64,000 nt of DNA from Campylobacterales bacterium (GTDB lineage: Bacteria > Campylobacterota > Campylobacteria > Campylobacterales > QNZT01). The DNA lies in contig JAJRSK010000045.1 of assembly GCA_024278835.1 (NCBI GenBank), positions 3,444 to 67,443 on the forward strand, read 5' to 3'. This document shows, one piece after another, positions 1 through 9,982 of the stretch; the first letter of the stretch is position 1, and every line of letters starts with the position of its first letter. Position numbers and translations under genes: made by a program. The notes under the pieces are model-generated. The model saw nothing but the letters and a program-made list of their open reading frames with translations, was not told where the DNA came from and did not search any database.

Positions 1-1617
1 ATGTGCCAAGTCATCTCTCGTTTTGATTTTATTGTCCATAAAATCCCGAAGTAGGGCTAACAACATAGCTACGATAAGTCCTAAGAGTGCACTAGCACCC
101 AAGACCATTGCCTTATTTGGTTTGATAGGATTTTTCTCTACAATAGCACGATCCAATACTCTGTTACTTGAAACTGTTGATGCTTTATTGATAGACATTT
201 CAGCTTGTTTTTCTAGTAAAAATTGATATGTCTTTTCATTTACTTCATATTTTCGTGTTAAATCTGCTAACTCTCTCTCTTTTTCTGGCAATTTTAAAAG
301 TATTGTCTCTTTAGAGTAGAGTGTATCCTCTAATGATCTTTTCTTTTCACGAAGTGTATCATTGATACTTTCGATAGAACTTTCTAATGCCATCTTAATA
401 TCTTCTATTTTTTCATTTGACTTTTCTACTTCAGGATGGGCTTCTGTAAATGTGCCCAAAAGTGTAATCTTTTCAGATTTAGCTCTTTGAAAATCAGATA
501 AAAGTGTTTCAAGAACAGGATACTCTTTTGCTAAAGAAGAGACTGCACCATAGTTTCCTCTTTTAAACTCTTCATAAAGAGATTGGAAAGCACTCTCTTG
601 GATTTTGATATCAGATAACTGTGCTTTATAATCACTCAATTGTCTTAATGTGATATCAGATTCTGTTTCAATATTAATAAGGTTATTTTCTTCTTTATAG
701 TTTTCTAACTTTATAGCAGATTCTTGTAGTTTTTTACTAACTTCTTTTAACTGCTCATCTACAAATGTCAAAGCTTGTGATGCTTGTGAACTTTTTTTGG
801 TAACACTTTGACTAAGATAGATATCTACTAAGCTATCAAGAAAGTCTTTTGCACGTTGTGAAACATTATCTTGATAAATCATCTTAATAACTGAACCATT
901 TTTTGCAGTTGGAAAAACGCTTAAGTTTTTACTTATCTCACTTATCATACTATCTTTATCTTCAACATAAAAGGCATATTGACTGTTTTCAAAATCACCT
1001 TTTTTCTTGATAACCAATGAAAAATCAGGTGTATCTATTCTATCTGAGAATGTATGTTGACCACTATATGCAACAGTTTTAGATCTTTTGCCTAGCGAAG
1101 CTGCTATATTTTTTTTCAACATTGCTATAAGACCATCAGTTTCTGTATGAAGATTATAGTGATTATCATCGATAACGTCAATTATAAATTTTGTACCATA
1201 AAAATGTGAACTTTTGACTTTTAATTCAGATATTTCCAAAGGATTATCGAGATATAGTTCATTTTCTTTATAATTGGAACGCGCAAAGTAGTGTGTTTGA
1301 TAAGCAACTTTGTTGGCAGCCTGTTCTATCATATTTCTTGAGCGAATAATCTCAACTTGTGTATCTATTAAAGTAACATCATCACTAAGACCCTTACCAT
1401 TTATCATCATATTCATATCAAGTTTATCACTGCTCACTTCGATAGTAGAGTATGTTTCATATGTTGGCTGTGCAAAATAAGCATATACAAGACCACCCAA
1501 CACAGATAAAGCAACAATTAAAAAAGTTAAAAACTTATTCTTTCCAAAGACACCCAGTAGTCGCTTAAAGTCTTTATTGTAATCTTCATTAGATAAATTA
1601 TTTTGTGAAGTGTTCAT
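1..1617 (-). CDS. Polysaccharide co-polymerase (Wzz/Wzc-type chain-length determinant), C-terminal part cut by window edge
   Basis: Absent from the ORF track because there is no stop in the window. Hand check of the frame shows ATG at 1615-1617 and no stop codon down to base 1. N-terminus MNTSQNNLSNEDYNKDFKRLLGVFGKNKF, then TM helix LTFLIVALSVLGGLVYAYF and a PTYE motif. A long coiled-coil-rich region follows, with a second TM (MVLGASALLGLIVAMLLALL) near the edge. Adjacent to a Wza-like gene. Confidence 0.7.
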   Translation of the reverse strand, partial: MNTSQNNLSNEDYNKDFKRLLGVFGKNKFLTFLIVALSVLGGLVYAYFAQPTYETYSTIEVSSDKLDMNMMINGKGLSDDVTLIDTQVEIIRSRNMIEQAANKVAYQTHYFARSNYKENELYLDNPLEISELKVKSSHFYGTKFIIDVIDDNHYNLHTETDGLIAMLKKNIAASLGKRSKTVAYSGQHTFSDRIDTPDFSLVIKKKGDFENSQYAFYVEDKDSMISEISKNLSVFPTAKNGSVIKMIYQDNVSQRAKDFLDSLVDIYLSQSVTKKSSQASQALTFVDEQLKEVSKKLQESAIKLENYKEENNLINIETESDITLRQLSDYKAQLSDIKIQESAFQSLYEEFKRGNYGAVSSLAKEYPVLETLLSDFQRAKSEKITLLGTFTEAHPEVEKSNEKIEDIKMALESSIESINDTLREKKRSLEDTLYSKETILLKLPEKERELADLTRKYEVNEKTYQFLLEKQAEMSINKASTVSSNRVLDRAIVEKNPIKPNKAMVLGASALLGLIVAMLLALLRDFMDNKIKTRDDLAH

Positions 1618-1632
1618 TCTTTAATCCCTTTT

Positions 1633-2451
1633 TTATTGTTGATAATCAGTAAATGTATTAACATTGAATAGATGTGTATTGGTTAACTGCTTACCTGTAA
1701 ATAGAAGTGTTAGTATTCTACTAGCAATATCAACTCCCGGTAATGCTTCAGCAATCTCTATATTTCTTCTTTTAGACTCATTTGGTTCAACATACACAAC
1801 ATCATTTGGATAGAGTGTTAAACGATTTAATGAAAGTGCACTCAATCTCGTCAAATCAATTGTCTCTACCTCTGGTCTACTTCTTGTACCTCTAATAATT
1901 TTAATATTATTTCTAGAAGCAAACTCTGTTAAGTCACCTGTTGTTGCAAGTGCTTCTAAAAGGTTTGTAGTGTCTTCCACGATATCAACGCGGCCAGGAC
2001 GACGTACTTCACCCATGACAAATACCCTTTTATTCAAGATATCAACTGTCACGTGAGCATGTTTGATATATCTTGAATATTCACGTGTTAGCAGAGTTGC
2101 CACTTCACGTGAAGAGAGCCCCGACACGCGCACCACGCCAATAAGCGGTAAATTAACTGTTCCATCTTGCGATACAAGTACCCCTCTCTCTTGTCTAGGA
2201 TCTACTTGTGCTCTTACATCTCTTGTACTCAGTTCTGGATGATTAAAAACCAACACTGAAAGTCTGTTGTTTGGAATCACTTTAGACTCATATAGTTCGT
2301 TTGGCATTGCATCTCTGCTATCCATCACTGTTTGTACATTGTCTGTTGTTTGGTTAAAAAGTACATATTGATTATCTTTTGTACTACAGCCCGTTAAAAG
2401 CATAGTTGCTAAGACACTTGTTGTTACTGTTATATGTTTTAAATTCATCAT
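1633..2451 (-). CDS. Polysaccharide export outer-membrane lipoprotein (Wza/Poly_export-SLBB family)
   Basis: Lipoprotein signal MMNLKHITVTTSVLATMLLTGC. Core resembles Poly_export/SLBB proteins (LSVLVFNHPELS, VFVMGEVRRPGRV, YPNDVVYVEP). Cluster context. Confidence 0.8.
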   Translation of the reverse strand: MMNLKHITVTTSVLATMLLTGCSTKDNQYVLFNQTTDNVQTVMDSRDAMPNELYESKVIPNNRLSVLVFNHPELSTRDVRAQVDPRQERGVLVSQDGTVNLPLIGVVRVSGLSSREVATLLTREYSRYIKHAHVTVDILNKRVFVMGEVRRPGRVDIVEDTTNLLEALATTGDLTEFASRNNIKIIRGTRSRPEVETIDLTRLSALSLNRLTLYPNDVVYVEPNESKRRNIEIAEALPGVDIASRILTLLFTGKQLTNTHLFNVNTFTDYQQ

Positions 2452-2505
2452 TCACCCTTATATTTATTCAACACTTTTTCTCAATCTTTACTCATTATAG
2501 ATATT

Positions 2506-2547
2506 TTAACATTAGTTTAAAATTAAATGTTAATTTTTTTTAACATT
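2506..2547. promoter_or_regulatory. Three copies of TTAACATT/AATGTTAA (inverted, then direct) in the AT-rich spacer upstream of the Wza-like gene; candidate operator
   Basis: TTAACATT at about 2506-2513, AATGTTAA at about 2526-2533 and TTAACATT at about 2540-2547, 55-100 nt upstream of the ATG at 2451. Confidence 0.25.
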
Positions 2548-2730
2548 TAACCAAAATGTGTTACATATAGATAAAAAAATAGCTTAACCTAAGCAAATAT
2601 GAATTGCTTTACAATGAAGTACATCTATTATAATATGAAATATATTAACTTTTTATATATTTTAATATAATATATATCATTAAGGATTTACTATCTTTAT
2701 ATTCTTCTTATACCTTAAAGCAAAATCGAC

Positions 2731-3927
2731 TTAATTAGTTTTTTCTTTAATCACATTTACCAAATTACCCTCTGCTTCTTTACGCATCAATAAAATGATA
2801 ACATTGGATACCAATGCTAAGGAAATCCAAAAATCTTTATGGTGTAAGGAGGGGATAGTCATCCCCATCAGTACAATGGAAAGCGAAGCTAAATAGAGCC
2901 AAGAATAATCACTTCGCATGATTTCCAGAAACCTTGTTGTAAAAAGTGCCAAAATAAAAAGTGTAAATGTTAAAAAAGAAAAAATACCTGATTCAGCAAA
3001 CACTTTTATAAAATTATTATGAGATGGTTTTGCCTCTTCTGCTAGAAAGTCTTTCACATACCTTCCTGAAACATTTCTAAACTCTCCAAACCCGACACCC
3101 ATAAAAAAGTGATCACGAATCATCTCTCCTCCAGCGCGCCATACGATAAGCCTTTGCTCAAAAGTTCCGGTTTTTTGCGCTCTGCCTTTTAGTCCTTCAA
3201 CCGCAGTACTACTCATCATGACGCCTGCAGATATAACACCTGCCAAAATCATAGTGGCAATCAACCCTTTAGCTGAAAAGACATGTGTAACAATGTTTTT
3301 AAATCTAAAAATAAAGACAATAAGAAGCATAAGTGCCAAAAATATAAATGCTGATTTAGAACCAGCAAAAAGTAGTGTATAGGTAAAAATACCTAATGAA
3401 CCCAATAAAAAGAACCAATTTTTATTTTTTTGAAACAGATATACTGTCACAAACTGTATTACCAAAAGTTGTGCTGCAAAACTATTTGGATCCTCTGTAG
3501 CACCAGTTTTTCTAAAAGTATACATACCTAAGGTGTCTGAGAAGTAAGCCACCACAGAAGAGAGTATCATGATAGCCCAAAGCATATAGAGAATCTTATC
3601 CAATTCCTTAGCATAAGAAAAGTAAACAAATAGGGCAAAGATTGAAAACATTCTCGTCACACCCACCACCAGTGTCCCATCAAAGTATAAGAGATTAGAG
3701 ACCAATGTAACCACAGTCAAAACTAGCATAAAGATATAAAATATCCTCATTGGTCTACTTGTTTTGGAAGAAAACATCTCTATATAATCATATATATGGA
3801 GGAGAACAAATAGTGCTAAAACTACTTTGATAATATAATAACCTGTTAATTCTATGGATAATGTATCATTAAATGAGACAAACAATAGTAAAAATAGTGA
3901 AAAATCTTTTAGGTACTTAAACAGCAT
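2731..3927 (-). CDS. O-antigen polymerase/ligase-like membrane protein (Wzy_C family)
   Basis: 398 aa and about 10 TM helices. A large loop with RAGGEMIRDHFFMGVGFGEF and HNNFIKVFAESG is typical of the O-antigen ligase/polymerase family. Cluster context. Confidence 0.7.
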   Translation of the reverse strand: MLFKYLKDFSLFLLLFVSFNDTLSIELTGYYIIKVVLALFVLLHIYDYIEMFSSKTSRPMRIFYIFMLVLTVVTLVSNLLYFDGTLVVGVTRMFSIFALFVYFSYAKELDKILYMLWAIMILSSVVAYFSDTLGMYTFRKTGATEDPNSFAAQLLVIQFVTVYLFQKNKNWFFLLGSLGIFTYTLLFAGSKSAFIFLALMLLIVFIFRFKNIVTHVFSAKGLIATMILAGVISAGVMMSSTAVEGLKGRAQKTGTFEQRLIVWRAGGEMIRDHFFMGVGFGEFRNVSGRYVKDFLAEEAKPSHNNFIKVFAESGIFSFLTFTLFILALFTTRFLEIMRSDYSWLYLASLSIVLMGMTIPSLHHKDFWISLALVSNVIILLMRKEAEGNLVNVIKEKTN

Positions 3928-5200
3928 TTACTTCTCCTTTTTTCATCACTTTATATAAAACTTTTTGTGCAAAAATATATTCAACACCGACCATAACACC
4001 ATTCATCATGATAAATCCTATGATGGGATATTCTCCAAACATAAAATAAACTGATAAAAGTACCAATACTAATCTTATACTATTTAGTAAAAGTTCCAAA
4101 TTGTTAAAATTAAATGTTTTGGATAGTAGTGTAATCAAACTAAAATATGCAATCAACATATATGATAAAATCAATATAAAAACAAAGATAACCGATCGAT
4201 CAGAAAGATAAGCAGGCTTAATTAAAAATACCATATACGCCACTAAAAAGGAGGCAAGCAATGCTCCTAGAAAAAACTTCCATTTCACTTTTTGTATTTT
4301 ATCCACATATATCATGATAGCACCCATATCAGAGATATTAAATTTTGATATAAGGTAAGAACGAATCGACGTAATAAAAACCAAAACCAAACCAAAAAAA
4401 CTAAATGCATAACCAAGTTCTGCCATCAATACGGTCATCTTATGTTCCGTTACGTAGATGATAGGATAACGCCCTGCATAAACATAAAGGAAAGTAATGA
4501 GATACGTTATCGATGAAAAGAGTATAAATTGCTTCAGTCTCTTTATCATGATAGTGATATAACGCGTATCATGATACGCACTTTTAACAGCTTCTATCGT
4601 ATATCTTATATTCTCTTTCAATGAAAGTAAAAGCATAAATAAAAATGGCACGATAAAGAGATAAAGATAGATATGATTTAAGTCTATACTCTCTTCACTC
4701 ATGAAAATATATATCAAAAACCCTATTCTTATAAATAAGATAACAAAAGAATTTACGATAATAAATCGAATATTTTTCTTCGCCAAAAGGTTATTCTTAA
4801 AAAAGACCCACATTAACACGGACAGAGCAGACAAATAAATATACTCTTGTTTTATATCTATACTACCGATGCCAAAAGCTTTATCCAAGAGAGAACCTAC
4901 AGCACTATTTGCCAAAACGAGCATCATGATAAAGATTAAGAGTTGTAAAAAAGCGTTGATATACTTGGTTGTTTGATAGATTTGATTATGTCGTAAAAAG
5001 CTTGTTACTATGCCAAATTCAAAAACAAAAGAAAGTAACATGATGATATTAAACGCAGCAGAAAAATCTGCCATCGTCTCTAAATGAAGTTTATACGGTA
5101 TAAGTAGTGCGATAAGATAGGTAGAGAAGCTATAAATCAAACTTGAAAGAAAGTAGAGTGCCCCTTCATTCGTTGCAAGTTTTTTTAGCTTCTCCCTCAC
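3917..5200 (-). CDS. Polysaccharide flippase (Wzx / MOP superfamily)
   Basis: 427 aa and about 12 TM helices, very hydrophobic. Lies between the Wzy-like gene and the sugar-nucleotide genes. Confidence 0.65.
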   Translation of the reverse strand: MREKLKKLATNEGALYFLSSLIYSFSTYLIALLIPYKLHLETMADFSAAFNIIMLLSFVFEFGIVTSFLRHNQIYQTTKYINAFLQLLIFIMMLVLANSAVGSLLDKAFGIGSIDIKQEYIYLSALSVLMWVFFKNNLLAKKNIRFIIVNSFVILFIRIGFLIYIFMSEESIDLNHIYLYLFIVPFLFMLLLSLKENIRYTIEAVKSAYHDTRYITIMIKRLKQFILFSSITYLITFLYVYAGRYPIIYVTEHKMTVLMAELGYAFSFFGLVLVFITSIRSYLISKFNISDMGAIMIYVDKIQKVKWKFFLGALLASFLVAYMVFLIKPAYLSDRSVIFVFILILSYMLIAYFSLITLLSKTFNFNNLELLLNSIRLVLVLLSVYFMFGEYPIIGFIMMNGVMVGVEYIFAQKVLYKVMKKGEVNAV

Positions 5201-6421
5201 CTATCTCTTCTCTTTTCTTCTATCTTCTAATTTACAAAAACTAAGTTCAACTTTTGGTGCTTGCACATCAAGATCTAAAAATTCTTTATGAGCTACTAAA
5301 AATACTACGATATCAGCTGCAGCAACTGCTTCTTGATACTCAACCACATTCAAATCAGGATGAGATTTGATATTTGGTTCTACTGCTAATACTTCTAAAT
5401 CTTCTGCTTTCAATCTCTGTGCTATATAGAGTGCAGGTGATTCTCTCAAATCATCGATATCTGGTTTAAAAGCAAGACCCATACAAGCTACTTTTGCTTT
5501 TTTACCATTGGCTTTTTCAAACTCCAAAGCAGCATTTTTCACTTTTTCAATGACCCACTCAGTTTTATAGTCATTGACTTCTCGAGCAGTTTTAATGATT
5601 TTTGCATCACCTTTTGCCGCGTCGACGATAAACCAAGGATCAACGGCGATGCAGTGACCACCAACACCACATCCTGGTTGCAGGATATTGACACGAGGGT
5701 GTCTGTTTGCAAGGTCGATAAGTTCCCATACATCGATACCAAATTTTCCAGAAAGCATTGAGAGTTCATTGGCAAATGCAATATTCACATCTCTAAAACT
5801 ATTTTCTGTTAATTTTGCCATCTCTGCTGTTCTAGCATCTGTTTCAAGTACTGCTCCTGTCACAAAATGTCTATAGAATTCTGCAGTCAGTCTTGTAGCA
5901 ACTTCCGTCGTACCACCTACGATTCTATCGTTAGTCACAAGTTCATGCATTATTTTTCCAGGAAGCACGCGCTCAGGACAATGTGCAAAATGAATATGTG
6001 TTGTATCCACACCCTCATCTTTAAGTGTTTGTTCCATGATATCCGTCGTGCCTACCGGTGAAGTAGACTCTAAGATAACGATATTGCCCTCTTTTACAAA
6101 CGGTGCTAAACCTTTCGTCGCTGAGACGATATAGTCGATATTTGGTACATGGTTATCTTTAAATGGCGTTGGTACCGCTACGATAAATACATCTGCTTCT
6201 GCAGCTACTGTACTCGCTACCAACTTACCAGAATTGACCGCTGACTGTACAAAAGTATCCAAATCAGGCTCAACGATATGAATCTTACCTTGATTGATGA
6301 TATCAACCGTCTCTTGTACCACATCCACACCATGTACCTGATACCCTCTATTGGCCAACAATGACGCTGTCGGCAAACCAATATATCCTAAACCTATAAC
6401 ACAGATTTTTTTAATTTCCAT
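5201..6421 (-). CDS. wecC: UDP-N-acetyl-D-mannosamine dehydrogenase (UDP-glucose/GDP-mannose dehydrogenase family)
   Basis: N-terminal Rossmann motif KICVIGLGYIGLPTA and catalytic region GCGVGGHCIAVDPWF. Immediately downstream of wecB. Confidence 0.8.
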   Translation of the reverse strand: MEIKKICVIGLGYIGLPTASLLANRGYQVHGVDVVQETVDIINQGKIHIVEPDLDTFVQSAVNSGKLVASTVAAEADVFIVAVPTPFKDNHVPNIDYIVSATKGLAPFVKEGNIVILESTSPVGTTDIMEQTLKDEGVDTTHIHFAHCPERVLPGKIMHELVTNDRIVGGTTEVATRLTAEFYRHFVTGAVLETDARTAEMAKLTENSFRDVNIAFANELSMLSGKFGIDVWELIDLANRHPRVNILQPGCGVGGHCIAVDPWFIVDAAKGDAKIIKTAREVNDYKTEWVIEKVKNAALEFEKANGKKAKVACMGLAFKPDIDDLRESPALYIAQRLKAEDLEVLAVEPNIKSHPDLNVVEYQEAVAAADIVVFLVAHKEFLDLDVQAPKVELSFCKLEDRRKEKR

Positions 6422-6423
6422 CT

Positions 6424-7557
6424 CTACTTCCCTTTTAAATATGAAACTATACGTTCACACGCTTTACCATCCCCATACGGGTTGTGTGATTTTGACATTA
6501 CTTTATAGGCTTCTGCATCATCTAAAAGTATTTTACACTCCGAGATAATCTTCTCTTTATCTGTGCCTACTAGCTTCACGGTTCCTGCGGCTAATGCTTC
6601 AGGTCTCTCAGTCGTATCTCTCATGACAAGTACAGGTTTCCCAAGGCTTGGTGCCTCTTCTTGGATACCACCACTATCAGTTAAGATAAAGTGAGATTTG
6701 TGCATCAAGTAAACAAAAGGTTCATAGTCAAGAGGTGGGATCAAATAAACATTGTCCACATCTGAGAGAATTTCATTAACAGGCTTTTGCACATTTGGAT
6801 TGAGGTGTACTGGATAAACAATATCCACATCTGGATACTCTAAAGCCAATGCTTTTAACCCTTCACAAATATTTAAAAATCCCTGTCCAAAATTCTCTCT
6901 TCTGTGCCCCGTCACCAAAATCAATCTTTTGGCTTTATTGACACTATACCCTTTCTCTACGATAAACGCTTCTAAACTCTGATCGAGTGCTTTATCAGAC
7001 TCGATTTTTGAAACCACCGTTAGTAATGCATCAATCACAGTATTACCTGTAACGATTACATTGGCTACATCGACATTTTCTTTTAAAAGATTAGCTTCAC
7101 TCTCATCAGTTGGTGCAAAGTGGTAAGTTGCCAATCTTCCAGTGACTTGGCGATTTCCCTCTTCAGGCCAGGGAGAATAGACATTATGTGTTCTTAAACC
7201 CGATTCTACATGACCCACCGCTATCTTTTGATAATAAGCAGCTAGAGAGGTTGCTAAAGTTGTCGCTGTATCCCCATGCACAAGTACAACATCTGGTTTT
7301 GCTTCTTCAAAAATAGGCTTTAATCCCAAAAGGATATTAGCTGTCACATCATATAAATCTTGCCCCGGTTTCATAATATTTAAATCATATTCAGGAATAA
7401 TTTCAAAAAGATTTAGTACTTGATCTAACATCTCTCTATGTTGTGCTGTCACACAAACTATTGTTTCAAAATCTTTAGACTTTTGAAATGCCTTTACCAA
7501 AGGTGCCATTTTTATAGCTTCTGGACGCGTTCCAAAAACCAACATTACTTTTTTCAT
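6424..7557 (-). CDS. wecB: UDP-N-acetylglucosamine 2-epimerase (non-hydrolysing)
   Basis: [29 protein letters not shown] and [29 protein letters not shown] are hallmark motifs. I place the start at the internal ATG (7555-7557), which overlaps the galE TGA as ATGA. Confidence 0.9.
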   Translation of the reverse strand: MKKVMLVFGTRPEAIKMAPLVKAFQKSKDFETIVCVTAQHREMLDQVLNLFEIIPEYDLNIMKPGQDLYDVTANILLGLKPIFEEAKPDVVLVHGDTATTLATSLAAYYQKIAVGHVESGLRTHNVYSPWPEEGNRQVTGRLATYHFAPTDESEANLLKENVDVANVIVTGNTVIDALLTVVSKIESDKALDQSLEAFIVEKGYSVNKAKRLILVTGHRRENFGQGFLNICEGLKALALEYPDVDIVYPVHLNPNVQKPVNEILSDVDNVYLIPPLDYEPFVYLMHKSHFILTDSGGIQEEAPSLGKPVLVMRDTTERPEALAAGTVKLVGTDKEKIISECKILLDDAEAYKVMSKSHNPYGDGKACERIVSYLKGK

Positions 7558-8537
7558 TTTAATTTCTTCTCCCAATCTAAGGCTGTTTTACAGATGAGTT
7601 CTAAATCATCATATTTTGGATTCCAATCCATCACTTTTCTTATTTTAGAATTATCAGAAATCAAGATAGAAGGATCACCCGCACGGCGCTCTTTCACATC
7701 TGCTACAAAATCCACGCCAGATACTTTTCTCATAGTTTCTAGTACCTCTAGTACAGAATATCCATGTCCGTAACCACAGTTAAAAGTATTTGAGTCATTT
7801 CCATTATTTAAAAACTCTAACCCTTTTAAGTGTGCAGATGCCAAATCTTCTACATGGATATAATCTCTTATACACGTTCCATCTTCTGTATCATAATCAT
7901 CTCCAAAAACAAACATCTTATCACGCTTACCACAAGCCGTCTCTGCCGCTATCTTGATAAGGTGTGTTGCACCCTCTGTTGATTGACCAATTTTCCCATC
8001 ATTACTAGCCCCTGCTACATTAAAGTATCTAAAAACTACATATTTAAAATCAGGAAATGCAAACGCAGTATCTTTTAATACTGTCTCACTCATCAACTTT
8101 GAAGAACCATAAGGATTGATAGGTTTTGTTGGGCACTCTTCATTGACTGGGATAAATTCAGCATCTGGTTCACCATAGGTTGCTGCCGTAGAAGAGAAGA
8201 TAAATTTATTCACATTGTGTTTGATACAGCAGCGAATCACGTTGGCTGTATTTGCTGTATTGTTCATGTAGTACTTTAGTGGGTCGCTCACACTCTCAGG
8301 TACTACTAGTGATGCTGCAAAGTGAATCACCGCGTCAAAATTATTCTCTGCAAATATTTTATCAACCGCGTCATAGTCACTCAAATCAGCATTGATAAAA
8401 TTTCCGTATGTGATAGCATCTTCAAATCCTGTCACTAAGTTATCAACGATAGTGATAGTATGTCCACCTTCTTCACCCAACTGCTTCACCACATGACTTC
8501 CTATATAACCTGCGCCACCATTAACTAAAATATTCAT
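7554..8537 (-). CDS. galE: UDP-glucose (or UDP-GlcNAc) 4-epimerase, SDR family
   Basis: [15 protein letters not shown], catalytic YGSSK and RYFNVAGA. Confidence 0.85.
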   Translation of the reverse strand: MNILVNGGAGYIGSHVVKQLGEEGGHTITIVDNLVTGFEDAITYGNFINADLSDYDAVDKIFAENNFDAVIHFAASLVVPESVSDPLKYYMNNTANTANVIRCCIKHNVNKFIFSSTAATYGEPDAEFIPVNEECPTKPINPYGSSKLMSETVLKDTAFAFPDFKYVVFRYFNVAGASNDGKIGQSTEGATHLIKIAAETACGKRDKMFVFGDDYDTEDGTCIRDYIHVEDLASAHLKGLEFLNNGNDSNTFNCGYGHGYSVLEVLETMRKVSGVDFVADVKERRAGDPSILISDNSKIRKVMDWNPKYDDLELICKTALDWEKKLK

Positions 8538-8547
8538 CCATAACTCC

Positions 8548-9684
8548 CTATATTAATTTTTCTATTACATCGACCAATTTGGCACTTTGCATCTCTCTAA
8601 TGAAATTTTCTTTAACAATTTGTCTATTTTTCTGAGAAATTTCATACTTCTTCTCTTTCATTATCATGATAGCTTCTTTAACTAACTTTGGATTATTCGG
8701 TAAAATCGCTATTGCATTTTCAAGTCTGTCTACAAACTTCACTGCTTCACCAATCCCCCCATAAAGTATTGGCAACCCTGTTGAAGCATACTCATAAAGC
8801 TTTGAAGGCATTGCCGTTTTAAAATGTTCATCTAATTGAGCGTACAAAACACTACTTGTTTCATAAAATTTTAAAATCTCATCTCGATGTACTTTTCCAA
8901 AAAACTCAACATTTTTGATATTGTTTTTCTTGACATGTTCTCTAAGAGATTTATACTTTGTTCCTTCTCCTACGATATTCACTTTTACATCTGCCAAATC
9001 TTTTGCACCATCAACCAAAATCTGTACATTTTGCCCGACTGCAATATTGCCTATGTATGTAATAGTAAATGGGGTGTCATGGTCGATTTTAACTTGTGAA
9101 AGTTCTTCAAATTTTTGTAATTCTATCCCATTGGCTATCTGCTCTATATCTCGATTTTGTGTATATTTTTTGACCCACTCTTTTTCAAAGTTATTGGTTA
9201 CAGAAACATAATCATACGCATTGATTGAAGTTTGCATGAGTTTTGAAATCGCAGTTTTTAAAATGCGTTTAAATTTACTATTTCCCTCTATATATTCCCA
9301 TGTTATATCACGGATATCAATGATTTTTTTGCCCTTCCCCAATAAAGCTAACATTGGGATAATAAACATGAATGGAGAAGTAGCTATAGTGATGTCAGCA
9401 TTGAGCCTATTTGCACGACTCACCAGTTTTCGCGTAAAAAATATCTCCCATAATGCACGAGAGAAAAACTTTTCAGCATTGTAATCTCTTTGATTTACAT
9501 AATAGACATCTATATTTTCAGAAAAAGAGACTTTTTCTTTTGTTTGCGGCTTACCACGTTCAGTGATGCAAACGACATTGACTTTATAATTTTTTTCTAG
9601 CTCTTTTACATACGAGAGAACACGATTAGTTCCTGCTGTATTTTCAGGTAAAAAATGACTAGTTAAAAAATTGATTGTTTTCAT
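8548..9684 (-). CDS. Glycosyltransferase family 4 (GT-B)
   Basis: 378 aa. The C-terminal region PSKLYEYASTGLPILY matches the GT4 E-x7-E region. First gene of the cluster, downstream of a 298-nt AT-rich spacer. Confidence 0.8.
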   Translation of the reverse strand: MKTINFLTSHFLPENTAGTNRVLSYVKELEKNYKVNVVCITERGKPQTKEKVSFSENIDVYYVNQRDYNAEKFFSRALWEIFFTRKLVSRANRLNADITIATSPFMFIIPMLALLGKGKKIIDIRDITWEYIEGNSKFKRILKTAISKLMQTSINAYDYVSVTNNFEKEWVKKYTQNRDIEQIANGIELQKFEELSQVKIDHDTPFTITYIGNIAVGQNVQILVDGAKDLADVKVNIVGEGTKYKSLREHVKKNNIKNVEFFGKVHRDEILKFYETSSVLYAQLDEHFKTAMPSKLYEYASTGLPILYGGIGEAVKFVDRLENAIAILPNNPKLVKEAIMIMKEKKYEISQKNRQIVKENFIREMQSAKLVDVIEKLI

Positions 9685-9948
9685 AAAAAATATGCACCTT
9701 TAGTCTTAAAAGTAATAATTATATTACTTTTATATTTATTTCATCTTAAATTTAAAAATTATTCAAATATCTTATTTAATTAAATAATTTAACTAAATAA
9801 GTCTTAAAATTATATATATTTAATATATTCTATATTTCTAACTATTTAGTTCTATTTCTATATCGTCAATTTAAAAATAATTTTTACAGTTTTTTAAAAG
9901 TTTTTATAAAGTTATGAAGTATTTTTATGTATGGAAGCTTTAAAAAGG

Positions 9949-9977
9949 AATATAGGCAAAAAACTTTGCCTATATTA
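9949..9977 (-). terminator. Rho-independent terminator downstream of tkt
   Basis: Perfect 12-bp stem AATATAGGCAAA/TTTGCCTATATT with a 5-nt loop. On the minus strand it is followed by CCTTTTTAAAG. Confidence 0.6.
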
Positions 9978-9982
9978 TAAAA

